Below, in pieces: positions 37,298-47,385 of a DNA stretch of 62,078 nucleotides. Both the position numbers and the translations under genes were made by a program. This DNA comes from a virus (Duplodnaviria > Caudoviricetes): positions 1-62,078 of IMG/VR virus record IMGVR_UViG_3300034104_006372; one strand, given 5' to 3'. How positions within the stretch are numbered: the first letter of the stretch is position 1; each line of letters begins with the position of its first letter. The notes below the pieces were generated by a model. It worked only from the letters and a program-made list of their open reading frames with translations. It was not told the origin of the DNA and searched no databases.

Positions 37298-38226
37298 GAT
37301 TTTTCTGCAGTTTTTTGAACCCAATCCCAATAGTGCCAATTAGCTACATTCTTTCCAGGTTCTGGGGAATTATTATATGGTAATTCATTTATATATTTTG
37401 CTTTATAAAATAATCCAGATGAGTCATCAGTTACTCCTGCATTATGCATGATATTCATTTTATGGTAATCTGCTTCAGAAGAGGTAGACCAGCTAAATTC
37501 AAAATTAGAGTGAGTAATTGTATTTTTACCCATTAACCATCCTTTCCAAAGAACAGCCCACATATCAGAACACCATATTTGAAGTTCGTGGTATTGGGGA
37601 TTTTCGGCTTTTTTTAGATTGTTTAGTTCAGTTATTTCTTTGAACATTTTATCGCATTTTACTTCTACCCAATTCCAGTATTCATATGATAAATCTTTCA
37701 TTAAATATTGGGCTCCGATACAATTAAGCTCGTTATCTTTAATTACTTGTTTATCTATTTCCATTATAGAACACATTTGTTCTAGTACATCTTCACCTTT
37801 AGATGTAATATAATTATGTGAAATATACCATCTTACATCTGATCCATACCAGTTATCATCTTGCAACATTTCATCTGTAATCCATTCTTTGGGTGGTTTG
37901 GTAAAGATAATGTCACAATCGTGATAAAAGATTGCATCATCTTGTAGATATGGATGTTGTTGAAAGTGTTGTTTTAGGATATTAGGGCGAATAGAAGAGA
38001 TATAGTGTTTATTTTCTCTTGTATCATCATAGAAAAAAAATCTTGCAGAATAGACACTAGCTAATTTTTTCCAATCCTCAGGAATAATGCCATCTATCTT
38101 CCAACACACAATATCTATATCGTTAGGATTTACACCCATAGATATAAAATTGTTTAACATAACTTCTATTTGCCATACATAATAGTTGTTAGCAGGTTGG
38201 GCGCAAACATAACGTAATTTTTTCAT
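37285..38226 (-). CDS. GT-A glycosyltransferase resembling peptide O-glycosyltransferases (HPAT/SGT, GT95/96-like)
   Basis: YYVWQ, YISSIRPNILKQHF, FYHDCDIIF (DxD), GAQYL, WCSDMWA. Confidence 0.55.
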   Translation of the reverse strand: MKKLRYVCAQPANNYYVWQIEVMLNNFISMGVNPNDIDIVCWKIDGIIPEDWKKLASVYSARFFFYDDTRENKHYISSIRPNILKQHFQQHPYLQDDAIFYHDCDIIFTKPPKEWITDEMLQDDNWYGSDVRWYISHNYITSKGEDVLEQMCSIMEIDKQVIKDNELNCIGAQYLMKDLSYEYWNWVEVKCDKMFKEITELNNLKKAENPQYHELQIWCSDMWAVLWKGWLMGKNTITHSNFEFSWSTSSEADYHKMNIMHNAGVTDDSSGLFYKAKYINELPYNNSPEPGKNVANWHYWDWVQKTAEKSCLI

Positions 38227-38253
38227 TTAATATAACTTTATTTTTATGATATT

Positions 38254-38829
38254 TTAATTAGTTATAACTACAATACCATGTTCATATATAATATTACCCA
38301 CGTAATTGGAACCAGATTTTATTCTACCTTCACCATCATCATATAAAGTACCACTTACTGGGCTTATTATTTTGAAGGAGTTAGGTCTGATATAGTCACC
38401 AAATAATTTAGTAGGAATAGATACAACCCCTATACTTTCAGTTGGGAATGTTTTTTGTGGATTTAAAGTGGTAGTCTCAAAGTTATCATATAAAGTATTA
38501 TATGTTTGAGATGAACCAGATGGAGGAGTAATAGTACCATCAGGATTAAAACTAGGAACTACAGCATTTGATACTTCGCCAAAACTACCTGAAATATAGT
38601 TAGTGTAATATAATTGTTTAGCTGAATTATATATTGTAACTTGGTATTCTTGGGTTACTTGGCCTGTAAGTGATTTATCGGTTAAAAAATTACTGTTTGT
38701 ACCTAAAAATCTATCTATACCTACATTAGAGGCAGTTAAAGCACTTGCCCCCTCAAAGTAAAAGTTTTTACTTACCTTGAGAGGGGATATTATTACATCT
38801 TGGGAATTTAATGTTTTGAAAACAGCCAT
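38254..38829 (-). CDS. N-terminal half of a split baseplate/tail structural protein
   Basis: IPTKLFGDYIRPNSF..DDGEG..GNIIYEHGIVVIT resembles the middle of paralog 38835..39854, then stops. Confidence 0.7.
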   Translation of the reverse strand: MAVFKTLNSQDVIISPLKVSKNFYFEGASALTASNVGIDRFLGTNSNFLTDKSLTGQVTQEYQVTIYNSAKQLYYTNYISGSFGEVSNAVVPSFNPDGTITPPSGSSQTYNTLYDNFETTTLNPQKTFPTESIGVVSIPTKLFGDYIRPNSFKIISPVSGTLYDDGEGRIKSGSNYVGNIIYEHGIVVITN

Positions 38830-38834
38830 TCATC

Positions 38835-39854
38835 TTAGAAATCTAACTTTACTCTAACTAGTGCTTCTTTGGTAAAATTCTTTTGAAGTGGTCTTGATAA
38901 TTTAGCTACAGCAAGTAATTCGTTAGCATCATTGTATAAACCTACAGTTGTAGGATAAACTTGGGGGCTATTAATAAAATATGGATAAATTACTTCGCCA
39001 GTTGATCCGGAAATGAAACTAGGATTAGTAGAATAGTTAAATTCAGCATTTCTAGATCTAACAAACACAAAATCTGAAGTAATTGTTTCTTCAGAATTTA
39101 ATTCAAATGAACTACCACTAACTAAAGTTTTATACAATTTTAATACATTTTGACCATCTGTATTAGGGGTTAGGTTAGTATTTAATCCAAGACCACCAGC
39201 AGATCCGGTTGAATCTAATGCTATACCGTTTAATAAAATTACAGAAGTATCAGGAAAAAATAAACCATAAGATCCAGAAGATGGAGTAAATCCTGTTCCT
39301 CCTAAAGAAAAATTATAGGGTAAACCACTAGATCCACTTACTACTTGATATGCTCTTTGTGTCCCATAATAAAGAGGAAGATTACCATTTTGGGAATTAT
39401 CCGTTAAAGATAGAGTAGTAGAACCATTTCTTAAAACAAGATTTAAAGAACCAGGTAATAATTTTTCTTTGTATCTTGCTCTAGATACATTTATTGCATA
39501 AAAATAACTACTAGTTACACTACCAAATAAAAATTGAGAATTTTCATCTTCTAACATTAAACTTCTATATTGCCCAAAAATAGTAGAAGAAGGAGATATT
39601 CCAGGAACTGATGCATTATAATACAAAGATCCACTTCCATATCTATTGCCATAGGCTATATCAAATTGTACTTCTGCACTTGGGTTAGTAGAGGCAGTTT
39701 GATAAATAGACAAATAATAATCTCCAGCTTGAGCAAATTGGGCAGTAGAATAATAAAATTCAGTTAATTCAGGGCTGTTACCTGACCATACCGTAGATGA
39801 TACAGCATCAGCACTTACTAAAAAATCTTCGGGGTCAAATCGTTTAAATCCCAT
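38835..39854 (-). CDS. baseplate/tail structural protein
   Basis: Context; EFNYSTNPS..TTVGLY..LLAVAKLSRP C-terminal domain. Confidence 0.7.
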   Translation of the reverse strand: MGFKRFDPEDFLVSADAVSSTVWSGNSPELTEFYYSTAQFAQAGDYYLSIYQTASTNPSAEVQFDIAYGNRYGSGSLYYNASVPGISPSSTIFGQYRSLMLEDENSQFLFGSVTSSYFYAINVSRARYKEKLLPGSLNLVLRNGSTTLSLTDNSQNGNLPLYYGTQRAYQVVSGSSGLPYNFSLGGTGFTPSSGSYGLFFPDTSVILLNGIALDSTGSAGGLGLNTNLTPNTDGQNVLKLYKTLVSGSSFELNSEETITSDFVFVRSRNAEFNYSTNPSFISGSTGEVIYPYFINSPQVYPTTVGLYNDANELLAVAKLSRPLQKNFTKEALVRVKLDF

Positions 39855-39862
39855 ATCTTATA

Positions 39863-40522
39863 TTAGGTTGTAGTTTTGTTAATTGTAACAGGAATTGTAA
39901 TTCTAGCTCCACTATCTAATCCTACTACAGTTAAAGTAGTTCTTAGTTGAGAATTAGTTCCAAATAATGTGTTAACTGTTGTAGCTCTTAAATTAAGTTG
40001 AGTTCCAATAACAGTTTTAGATACGTTAGTGCCAATAGTAGAAGTAGAATTTTGATCAATAGCAGTTTGTGTATTAATACCTAATCCTTCAAATGAAGAC
40101 ATTAATCTAACGTCTGCAATTGTAGCTACATATCCACTAGTTTCAAATGTAGAAACGTTGTCTAAATAATTTAGAGTTTGTGGAGTAATAGAAAGAGATG
40201 CACCTTGTTTTAAAGTAATAGCATCATATCCTAGATTCAAGATAGGGAGTTTAGCAGTACCTCTAGGTAAAGTAGCTAACTTATATTTCATAATTTGCTG
40301 ATCATCAGGGAATGCTTCAAGTAAAGGCATTCCTTCAATTGCTTCTCCATAAAAAGCAGATCCTGATGGGTGAGTAGGGTTATATAGAGTATAATCTATT
40401 TCATCATCAGAGAGAGCAAATTGTGTAATACGAAAAGAACCATCATTTCGAGCTAGGGCTTCTCTCCCTTTTTTAGTTAATATAGCATCAACTGTAATTA
40501 CGGTATTATTTAAATATCCCAT
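39863..40522 (-). CDS. baseplate/tail structural protein
   Basis: VDAILTKKGRE..ITQFALSDDEIDY; late motif upstream. Confidence 0.7.
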   Translation of the reverse strand: MGYLNNTVITVDAILTKKGREALARNDGSFRITQFALSDDEIDYTLYNPTHPSGSAFYGEAIEGMPLLEAFPDDQQIMKYKLATLPRGTAKLPILNLGYDAITLKQGASLSITPQTLNYLDNVSTFETSGYVATIADVRLMSSFEGLGINTQTAIDQNSTSTIGTNVSKTVIGTQLNLRATTVNTLFGTNSQLRTTLTVVGLDSGARITIPVTINKTTT

Positions 40523-40544
40523 TTTATTTAAGTATATATTTTGT

Positions 40545-40552
40545 TATAAATA
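40545..40552 (-). promoter_or_regulatory. putative late promoter TATTTATA
   Basis: Recurrent motif. Confidence 0.65.
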
Positions 40553-40555
40553 TGT

Positions 40556-43537
40556 TTATATTATTCTTTTTTCAATAAGATCCTTAAGTACTAAATCAGG
40601 ATTTTTATTAAATATCTCTATTCGATGTTCTGGTAAAAGAATACCTGGGGAAGATGATGGGCTAACTGGTTCTACTCCTACAAATCCATCTTCAGCTGAA
40701 AATGCTACTTCACCTTTTCCAGTAGATATTACACCATACGGCATTTGTTGATTTAAAATTATAAAGTTTTTATTTTCTTTATATCTTCTAACAACAAAAA
40801 AATCAAAATTAGAGGGTCGATTAACTATAATTTCACCATTAGATCCTGTATATTCAAATGGGGGAGAAATAACTACTCTTAATTTATCTTCAGGAAGTTC
40901 ACTATTTACATTTGAGGGTGGTTTTATAGCATCTCTACCCTCAGTTGCTGTAATAGTATAAACATAATTTTCACTGTTTTCAAATCTAATTTCATCTCCA
41001 GGTTGTAATTCCCAATAATCTGTCACAGGATCAAATTCAATAAAATCTGGTTCTACAGTTAATGGAAAATCTGTACTTGCAGCTCCTACATATGGAAGAT
41101 TAGCTTGAATAAAAGATTTACCATAAGTTTGATTTAGAATAGAAGATGACATATAAAGTACATCTGTTGTAGGATTTGTAGAATTTGGGTATCTTCTCCA
41201 GAAAGGACCTGATGCTTGGTTTTTAACTGCATTCTCAGATAATGGAGAAGTTACTGATAGTTTTAGGGTAGGTCTTGGAATAGGAAGATTAGCAAAAGTA
41301 GGGGTAAATGTTCTTTTCCATTTTAAATCACTTCTTCTTGATCCATTTTCTCCTATAAATAAAAATATATCTCGAGGGCGGGTATTTTTACCATCATCAT
41401 TTTGTACATCTAAACTTCCATTACATTCTAAAAAGAATCCTGTACCTTGAACGACATTATTAAATTCAAATTCTACAGTCCAATCATATTTTACAGGTAT
41501 TCCTCCCCAACCAAAATTTATACCACTACCATTTGTAAACCACCCTCCTGCTATTAAAGGTAAGGCATTTATTCTATCTTGACTATTGTTTGGGTTTCTA
41601 CCAAGCAGATTTCTTATAATTAATTCTTCCAAATATAAGCTATCAGGAGTTAAATTTAAACTTGTTTTTGTTAATTCCCATTGTCTAGTAGATACCACTT
41701 CAGGTTCCTCTTCAATTACAAGTGGAGGGTATACTACAGGATTAGTACCTCCAGGATTTACAGTTATTACTAGTTTAACTCCATCTTTTTTAACTTTAAA
41801 TCCTTTAGTAGTGTTTACATAATCTGATTTGTTACTTCCTGCGGAACTTGGTGGTTTTACATAAGGGGATAAAGTAACAGTCATTAAATTTTGATCATTA
41901 ACTTTTTGTCTATCTTTATACCATTTAACCGAACTATCTAAATTTTCAGCATCACCACCTGTATATTTAGCAGGCATAGTTGAAGTAGTAAAAGTAAAAC
42001 TACCTTTTATTATATAATTATCTGAAAGTATTTTTCCTGCTCCATTTCCTTCAATAGATTCAGTATCATTAGTTGGAAATACAATAGCATAAGATGGAAA
42101 GAAGCTACTAGTAGGAGTGGTTGTAGGTGTATTACTTTTAAAAGGAGTAATATTAATAGGTAACCAGTCTAATTCATTTAAACTACTTAAATCTACAGGG
42201 GTTTCAGCTGATGTAGCAACAGAAGCATCAGATTGAGTAGAAAAAATATCTATACCTAATTTAATAAAATCTTTATTTATATCTCCTAAAGCGGTATAAA
42301 ATAAACTTCCAGATAGTGATATTTCACTAGCATAGCCTATACTAGAAGTTTGAGTGTATAAAATAGGGACAGGGTATTCTCCAACTCTAAATACAGGAGA
42401 CATACCTTCATTTAATTTTAATAATTCTTTTCCTTGATCTATATTTGATACAGCAGTATTTACTCGAGTTGGAAGATTATCATAATCTTTTAATTGAAAA
42501 GTACCTTGTAGAATAGAAAAGTTTATGTTAGATACACTAGGATCTAATATATTCCCCCCTTCATCTATTAAATATTTAGTATAATATGCTACTTTATTAT
42601 TTAATATTGGGTATGGATCTATAACTTTATTAAAGTATGCTATATAGGCATTATTTAATTCTACATTAGGAATTTTACCTAAAGATGGACCTTTTCCTTT
42701 ATCTACAAGTTCTGGGGATTGTTCATCGTATACTACTTTATTAAGAGAATCAGATTTACCATTAGGATTATATTCATTAATTTTATCACGAGTAGTAGAA
42801 CTACCAACATATCTAGAATGAACAAACCCTAGTTGTGTGTAATTAGATTGAGGAACTGCAGCTTTAGTAGCAGTAAAATTTATTAACTGATTAAAATTAA
42901 TAGGTATAATTGCATTTACTGAGTAATCAACATCTTGCAGCCATTCATTAGTTCTAGGTTCAGTAGCATTATTTAGTAAAGGATCACAATCTGAGTCTAT
43001 GCTAAATTGTGAATCAATATATGAAAATCCAGTTTCAGCACTTGAAGTATTAGCGGCAACTGCTATTGAAGTTTCGGGAGAAGAATCGTTTATAATAATA
43101 GAATTATATGTTCCTTTATCATTTGCATTTCCAATAATATATCTTTCTACTATAGCAGAATTAGTGGCTGTTGGGTATAAAAGGGATCCATTTTTATCTC
43201 TAGCTTGAAGCATTGAAAACTCAATCCATTCTGCTTTGTTTATAGTAGAACTAATGTTAGATCCAGTTTTGGGGGTATTTGATATTTTAATATATTGTAC
43301 TTTTTCCCCATTATTCCACAACCATGCAGAACCACTTGGTGGAATATAAGCATCCGACACAAAAGTATCTTCAGGTACTCCTGTAACATCTTGTGTAGGA
43401 GTATATGAAGAAGAAGCATTAAAAACTATGGTACCAAAACCTCCTACACTAATTTTATGATAGGCCGAAGCGCTAAAATATGTAAAAGTTTTAGCGTTAG
43501 CAGATTGATTAACAATAGTATATTGTAGTAAACTCAT
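40556..43537 (-). CDS. large baseplate/tail structural protein
   Basis: 993 aa, beta-rich, in the baseplate cluster. Confidence 0.65.
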   Translation of the reverse strand: MSLLQYTIVNQSANAKTFTYFSASAYHKISVGGFGTIVFNASSSYTPTQDVTGVPEDTFVSDAYIPPSGSAWLWNNGEKVQYIKISNTPKTGSNISSTINKAEWIEFSMLQARDKNGSLLYPTATNSAIVERYIIGNANDKGTYNSIIINDSSPETSIAVAANTSSAETGFSYIDSQFSIDSDCDPLLNNATEPRTNEWLQDVDYSVNAIIPINFNQLINFTATKAAVPQSNYTQLGFVHSRYVGSSTTRDKINEYNPNGKSDSLNKVVYDEQSPELVDKGKGPSLGKIPNVELNNAYIAYFNKVIDPYPILNNKVAYYTKYLIDEGGNILDPSVSNINFSILQGTFQLKDYDNLPTRVNTAVSNIDQGKELLKLNEGMSPVFRVGEYPVPILYTQTSSIGYASEISLSGSLFYTALGDINKDFIKLGIDIFSTQSDASVATSAETPVDLSSLNELDWLPINITPFKSNTPTTTPTSSFFPSYAIVFPTNDTESIEGNGAGKILSDNYIIKGSFTFTTSTMPAKYTGGDAENLDSSVKWYKDRQKVNDQNLMTVTLSPYVKPPSSAGSNKSDYVNTTKGFKVKKDGVKLVITVNPGGTNPVVYPPLVIEEEPEVVSTRQWELTKTSLNLTPDSLYLEELIIRNLLGRNPNNSQDRINALPLIAGGWFTNGSGINFGWGGIPVKYDWTVEFEFNNVVQGTGFFLECNGSLDVQNDDGKNTRPRDIFLFIGENGSRRSDLKWKRTFTPTFANLPIPRPTLKLSVTSPLSENAVKNQASGPFWRRYPNSTNPTTDVLYMSSSILNQTYGKSFIQANLPYVGAASTDFPLTVEPDFIEFDPVTDYWELQPGDEIRFENSENYVYTITATEGRDAIKPPSNVNSELPEDKLRVVISPPFEYTGSNGEIIVNRPSNFDFFVVRRYKENKNFIILNQQMPYGVISTGKGEVAFSAEDGFVGVEPVSPSSSPGILLPEHRIEIFNKNPDLVLKDLIEKRII

Positions 43538-43547
43538 TTATTTTTAT

Positions 43548-43555
43548 TATAAATA
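43548..43555 (-). promoter_or_regulatory. putative late promoter TATTTATA
   Basis: Recurrent motif. Confidence 0.6.
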
Positions 43556-46500
43556 TTAAGGGCCGCATCCACTTTGACCTGATACTATTTGGAGTGAAGC
43601 ATTAACTGTTTGTTGAGGAGAAGTTGTACCAGCTGCATTATCCCAAACCCAGAAATTACCAGATATTGGATCTACATATCTTTGATTAGTTAATGCAGGA
43701 GTAATTGTAGTATCAAATAAAGGATCTCCACCATTACATGGATTTAAAGTATAGTATAAAGTAGGAGCAATAGTAGTAGTAGTGGTTGTTGTTGTTGGGC
43801 CTGCAGTTGTAGTTGTTGTAGTTGTTGTGGTAGTTGGGGTAGGAATTGAACCTGATGTTATAGTATAGTCATCATCTGATCCACTAAAAAATTGTAATTG
43901 ATATACATAAAAATTATTAGGGTTAATTTTTAAAGTAGAAGCACACGGATCATCAGCATTACCTAATCCCCTCTGTAGTTTAACATAAGGATCTGATCCA
44001 CTAAATTCACCGTTATAAAATTCACGTTGATCATCTCTATCATAGGTTACTACACCTAATGTGGTAGAGAATGATTCATCCCAACTTTGAGTAACATTAT
44101 GTATATTGTCTACTGTAGTTGGGTAAAATTCAGTACCATTAAATTGATCAAGAGTACCACCTGTACCCCCACTAAATCTGTAGATAGAGGAACCACTTAT
44201 ATATTCATATTGACCTGTATCTCCAGATCCTGTATCGTATCCCCTAGAGAAGGGTTTAATTAAACCTTCAAGCAATTCATTACTTGAAGTAACTTGTGCT
44301 GGTCTTACTCTATTTCTTTCTAGTATGTGTTGTTTTACTACTACACCTGCAGATAAACTTGTTCTAGCAGGAGTGAAATCCTTGATCATTCTGAATAGTG
44401 AATTATCAAAGAATTTAATTAAACGAATAAAATCAACAACATCATAGCTGTGAATATATTTTTCAAAGTATGCATTTCTTAATCTATCTAGATCTGGATA
44501 GTTAACAGCTGAGGATGATATTTGTCTAGGATCACCAATGTAATCACCTAGATTGAAATTACCTAATTGGGCAATTATATCATCATTAATTTGATCTTGT
44601 GGAGAAAATGCTACTTCTAGATAGTTAACATCTTCAGAAAAACTACCAGATACATCAGAAGCTTGTTGTATAGATCTTAATGGAGATAAAACATTGATGT
44701 CAGTATTAGAACCAGATACATTAGCTGCTAATATATTAGATCTAATTTGTATTTTATCAGTTACTCTATCTTTAATACCAGATATAAGTTGATTTTCATT
44801 TATTATCTCCTTATTGGTAACAAAATTACTACTGCTTAAATAAAAATTACTATTAGAAGCAAATGAAGAAGTTATGTAAATTGTTGAACCCGATACTTTA
44901 GGGTGAATTGATTGTCTACTACCTGTATTAGATAAAGTGCCTAAATCTGCTCTAAATATTAATTCATTAGGAGAAGAATTAATTCCATTTCCTTCACTTG
45001 AATATGGGTTTAAAACATAATCATAAAATACACTAGCACTTAAATTAGGGATATAATACCTAATTTCTTGTAATGAACCAGAGAATGGTAAATAGGTATT
45101 TGAACCATATGTTATACTACTAGAGTTAGGAAATCTTATAACAGTTCCATTATTATAGTTAGTAGCACTATATCCAGTAACACTACTCGAAGATGTAAAT
45201 CCTAGTGTATTATTTATAGAATTAGCAACATGCAAACTAGCAGTAGTACCATTTTGAGTAGTCATTACAGACCACCATCCTTCGTTAAAGAATGGTAGGT
45301 ATATACTAGCACTTATAGAAGGAGAAGAAGAATCAGGTATAAATTTTAAAGTACCATACTCATTATAGGGATCTGGAATTGATCCTGAATATGAGCCACT
45401 AATTAGTTTTGAGCCTGTGTATTCTAATACTAATGAAGAATTACCATTATCTATAGACCATAATGATTGGGAAACTCTAGTTGGCAATCCCCCTGCATTA
45501 AATCTAAATTGGATGGTATTTGGTCTGCCACTATCAAAGTTTGGATTTGGAACAAATGAAGATGAGAAATGATACTTTCCTTCAGTATTAAAAGCATAAT
45601 TAAATTCACGTTGCTTTAAGTTTCTATCATCTAAAAAACCTATAATATTTCCACCAAATTCATTTATTCTTAATATTGTATCAGGGATACCATATGAGGT
45701 AACAAGTGCTCTTAAGCCCGCAATTGTACCTTTAGTTTTAAGTAAATATGGTAAATTATGGTATATTCTCTTATATAATCTTTTATTAGCATCATCTAAT
45801 GGTATAACATCACTAGAGGCAGATATTAAAGTATCAATGTACTCATACCCACTAGGAGTAGGTAATGTTGAAGTTTGATTAGGATAAGGGAATAAACTAC
45901 CTGAAGGAGTTATACCTAAAAAAGCAGTATATAAATCATTAATACTAAAATTATTAGCATATAATTTTACACCAAAATCTTTAATAGCATCTGCTACTAA
46001 ATCTTTAGATATACCATAATCTAATCTATTATCTGCTGAAAATTTATTTGTTACATCTTTAGTATAAGTCCAAATATTATCAAAATGTTGACCAATCATA
46101 TCTACAAATAGCAGATATTGATCATTATCAGGATCATCTCTTAAATATTCAGGTGTTGCCCAATATAACCAATCTTGATTATCTTGATCATAGTTTGAAG
46201 CAGATAATGCTAACCCACCATAATAAGGATTAGTAGTATTAGCACTACCTATCCAATTAAGAACCTGAGAACTTCCAGTAGAATATAAAGCATATGGGGG
46301 TTCTGAATTAGATTTAGGCCAAGAATATTGGGAACCACTATTATAGTATAAAAAATATTCGTAATTGTCAAAATTTTTAATTATATTTTGAATTGAAGCA
46401 GTTACAGTAGCTGTACTTGAAGTAGCAGCTATTAATTCTTGAGCTAAATTATTATACCCTTCAATTAAGCTAACTTTATAGTAAAAATTTTCTAGTCTAG

Positions 46501-47383
46501 TTTTAGCAGAAGAAAAATGAATAAATTCATTAAAATCTTCATAGTTAACATTAATCTTTAGTCCTTTTTCATTTAATAATGATTGAAGTTGATTATATGA
46601 ACTTGTAATATTGCTTGATAATAGAGTATCAAGTGAAAATTCTTGGTTAGTAGAACCAACTTCTTCTTTAATATTTAAGTTAAAGTTTGGACCTGAAAGA
46701 TATTGAAAGTCCTGTATTATAAATGGGGTAGTAGGAAATTGAACTTGATAAGCTTGGGAAGTAGATAACTGTTCTACTACCCAAACTTGAGACTTTAAAT
46801 TAAACTCTGATGGTAATGGTTCGTATAATTTGATTAATATAGTAGGATCACTAGCAATACTATTATCTAATTGTATATTATTAGCTATAACTAAATTATT
46901 TGACCCAAAATTAAGATAAAAATCAACAAAATAGGGGGAAGAATTTCGATATTGAACAAATGCATTAGTTGAAGATACAATATCTTCATTTGAAATTGTA
47001 GTAGAATCTAATCTAATTTCAGTTCTATCTGAGCTTATGCTTGAAATGTAGTAAAGACTAGAAATTGAAGAGGCTAATCTTTTTCTATAAAAATTATAGG
47101 ATATAAAATACACACCTTCATCAAATCCTAATCTTGATAGATCTTGATCAGGAGAAAGTAATACATTTCCATCTTTTATGGTATATGTTAATAATTCTTG
47201 TGTAGTACTAGGAAATATTAAATTTTGATTTTCGTCAAAAATAAAATATTCTATATAATCTATGGATTGAGAAAATACAGTATCTACCTCAAATTGAGCT
47301 ATAATATTAGTATCTTGAACCGAATAATCTTGCAGCTCAAAAGTAATTGGATCTACAGGTGTTATTAATATTTGTTCTTCCAT
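43556..47383 (-). CDS. large baseplate wedge-like structural protein with a C-terminal poly-Thr linker
   Basis: LPYLLKTKGTIAGLRAL..YGIP (wedge/tail protein I-like segment); FSGSLQEIRY LamG-like segment; PTPT10AGPT8. Confidence 0.7.
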   Translation of the reverse strand: MEEQILITPVDPITFELQDYSVQDTNIIAQFEVDTVFSQSIDYIEYFIFDENQNLIFPSTTQELLTYTIKDGNVLLSPDQDLSRLGFDEGVYFISYNFYRKRLASSISSLYYISSISSDRTEIRLDSTTISNEDIVSSTNAFVQYRNSSPYFVDFYLNFGSNNLVIANNIQLDNSIASDPTILIKLYEPLPSEFNLKSQVWVVEQLSTSQAYQVQFPTTPFIIQDFQYLSGPNFNLNIKEEVGSTNQEFSLDTLLSSNITSSYNQLQSLLNEKGLKINVNYEDFNEFIHFSSAKTRLENFYYKVSLIEGYNNLAQELIAATSSTATVTASIQNIIKNFDNYEYFLYYNSGSQYSWPKSNSEPPYALYSTGSSQVLNWIGSANTTNPYYGGLALSASNYDQDNQDWLYWATPEYLRDDPDNDQYLLFVDMIGQHFDNIWTYTKDVTNKFSADNRLDYGISKDLVADAIKDFGVKLYANNFSINDLYTAFLGITPSGSLFPYPNQTSTLPTPSGYEYIDTLISASSDVIPLDDANKRLYKRIYHNLPYLLKTKGTIAGLRALVTSYGIPDTILRINEFGGNIIGFLDDRNLKQREFNYAFNTEGKYHFSSSFVPNPNFDSGRPNTIQFRFNAGGLPTRVSQSLWSIDNGNSSLVLEYTGSKLISGSYSGSIPDPYNEYGTLKFIPDSSSPSISASIYLPFFNEGWWSVMTTQNGTTASLHVANSINNTLGFTSSSSVTGYSATNYNNGTVIRFPNSSSITYGSNTYLPFSGSLQEIRYYIPNLSASVFYDYVLNPYSSEGNGINSSPNELIFRADLGTLSNTGSRQSIHPKVSGSTIYITSSFASNSNFYLSSSNFVTNKEIINENQLISGIKDRVTDKIQIRSNILAANVSGSNTDINVLSPLRSIQQASDVSGSFSEDVNYLEVAFSPQDQINDDIIAQLGNFNLGDYIGDPRQISSSAVNYPDLDRLRNAYFEKYIHSYDVVDFIRLIKFFDNSLFRMIKDFTPARTSLSAGVVVKQHILERNRVRPAQVTSSNELLEGLIKPFSRGYDTGSGDTGQYEYISGSSIYRFSGGTGGTLDQFNGTEFYPTTVDNIHNVTQSWDESFSTTLGVVTYDRDDQREFYNGEFSGSDPYVKLQRGLGNADDPCASTLKINPNNFYVYQLQFFSGSDDDYTITSGSIPTPTTTTTTTTTTAGPTTTTTTTTIAPTLYYTLNPCNGGDPLFDTTITPALTNQRYVDPISGNFWVWDNAAGTTSPQQTVNASLQIVSGQSGCGP
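43761..43843 (-). repeat. Thr-codon tract (mucin-like PTPTTTTTTTTTTAGPTTTTTTTTIAPT)
   Basis: Mixed ACT/ACA/ACC codons. Confidence 0.9.
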
Positions 47384-47385
47384 TT

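Noticed and set aside
35925-38253. GT cassette as a self-splicing intron or IS element
   Set aside because: No group I/II core, maturase, transposase or terminal repeats seen; both flanking halves have their own stop and start
43772-43835. Thr tract as a phase-variable microsatellite
   Set aside because: Mixed synonymous codons and triplet units mean no frameshift switching
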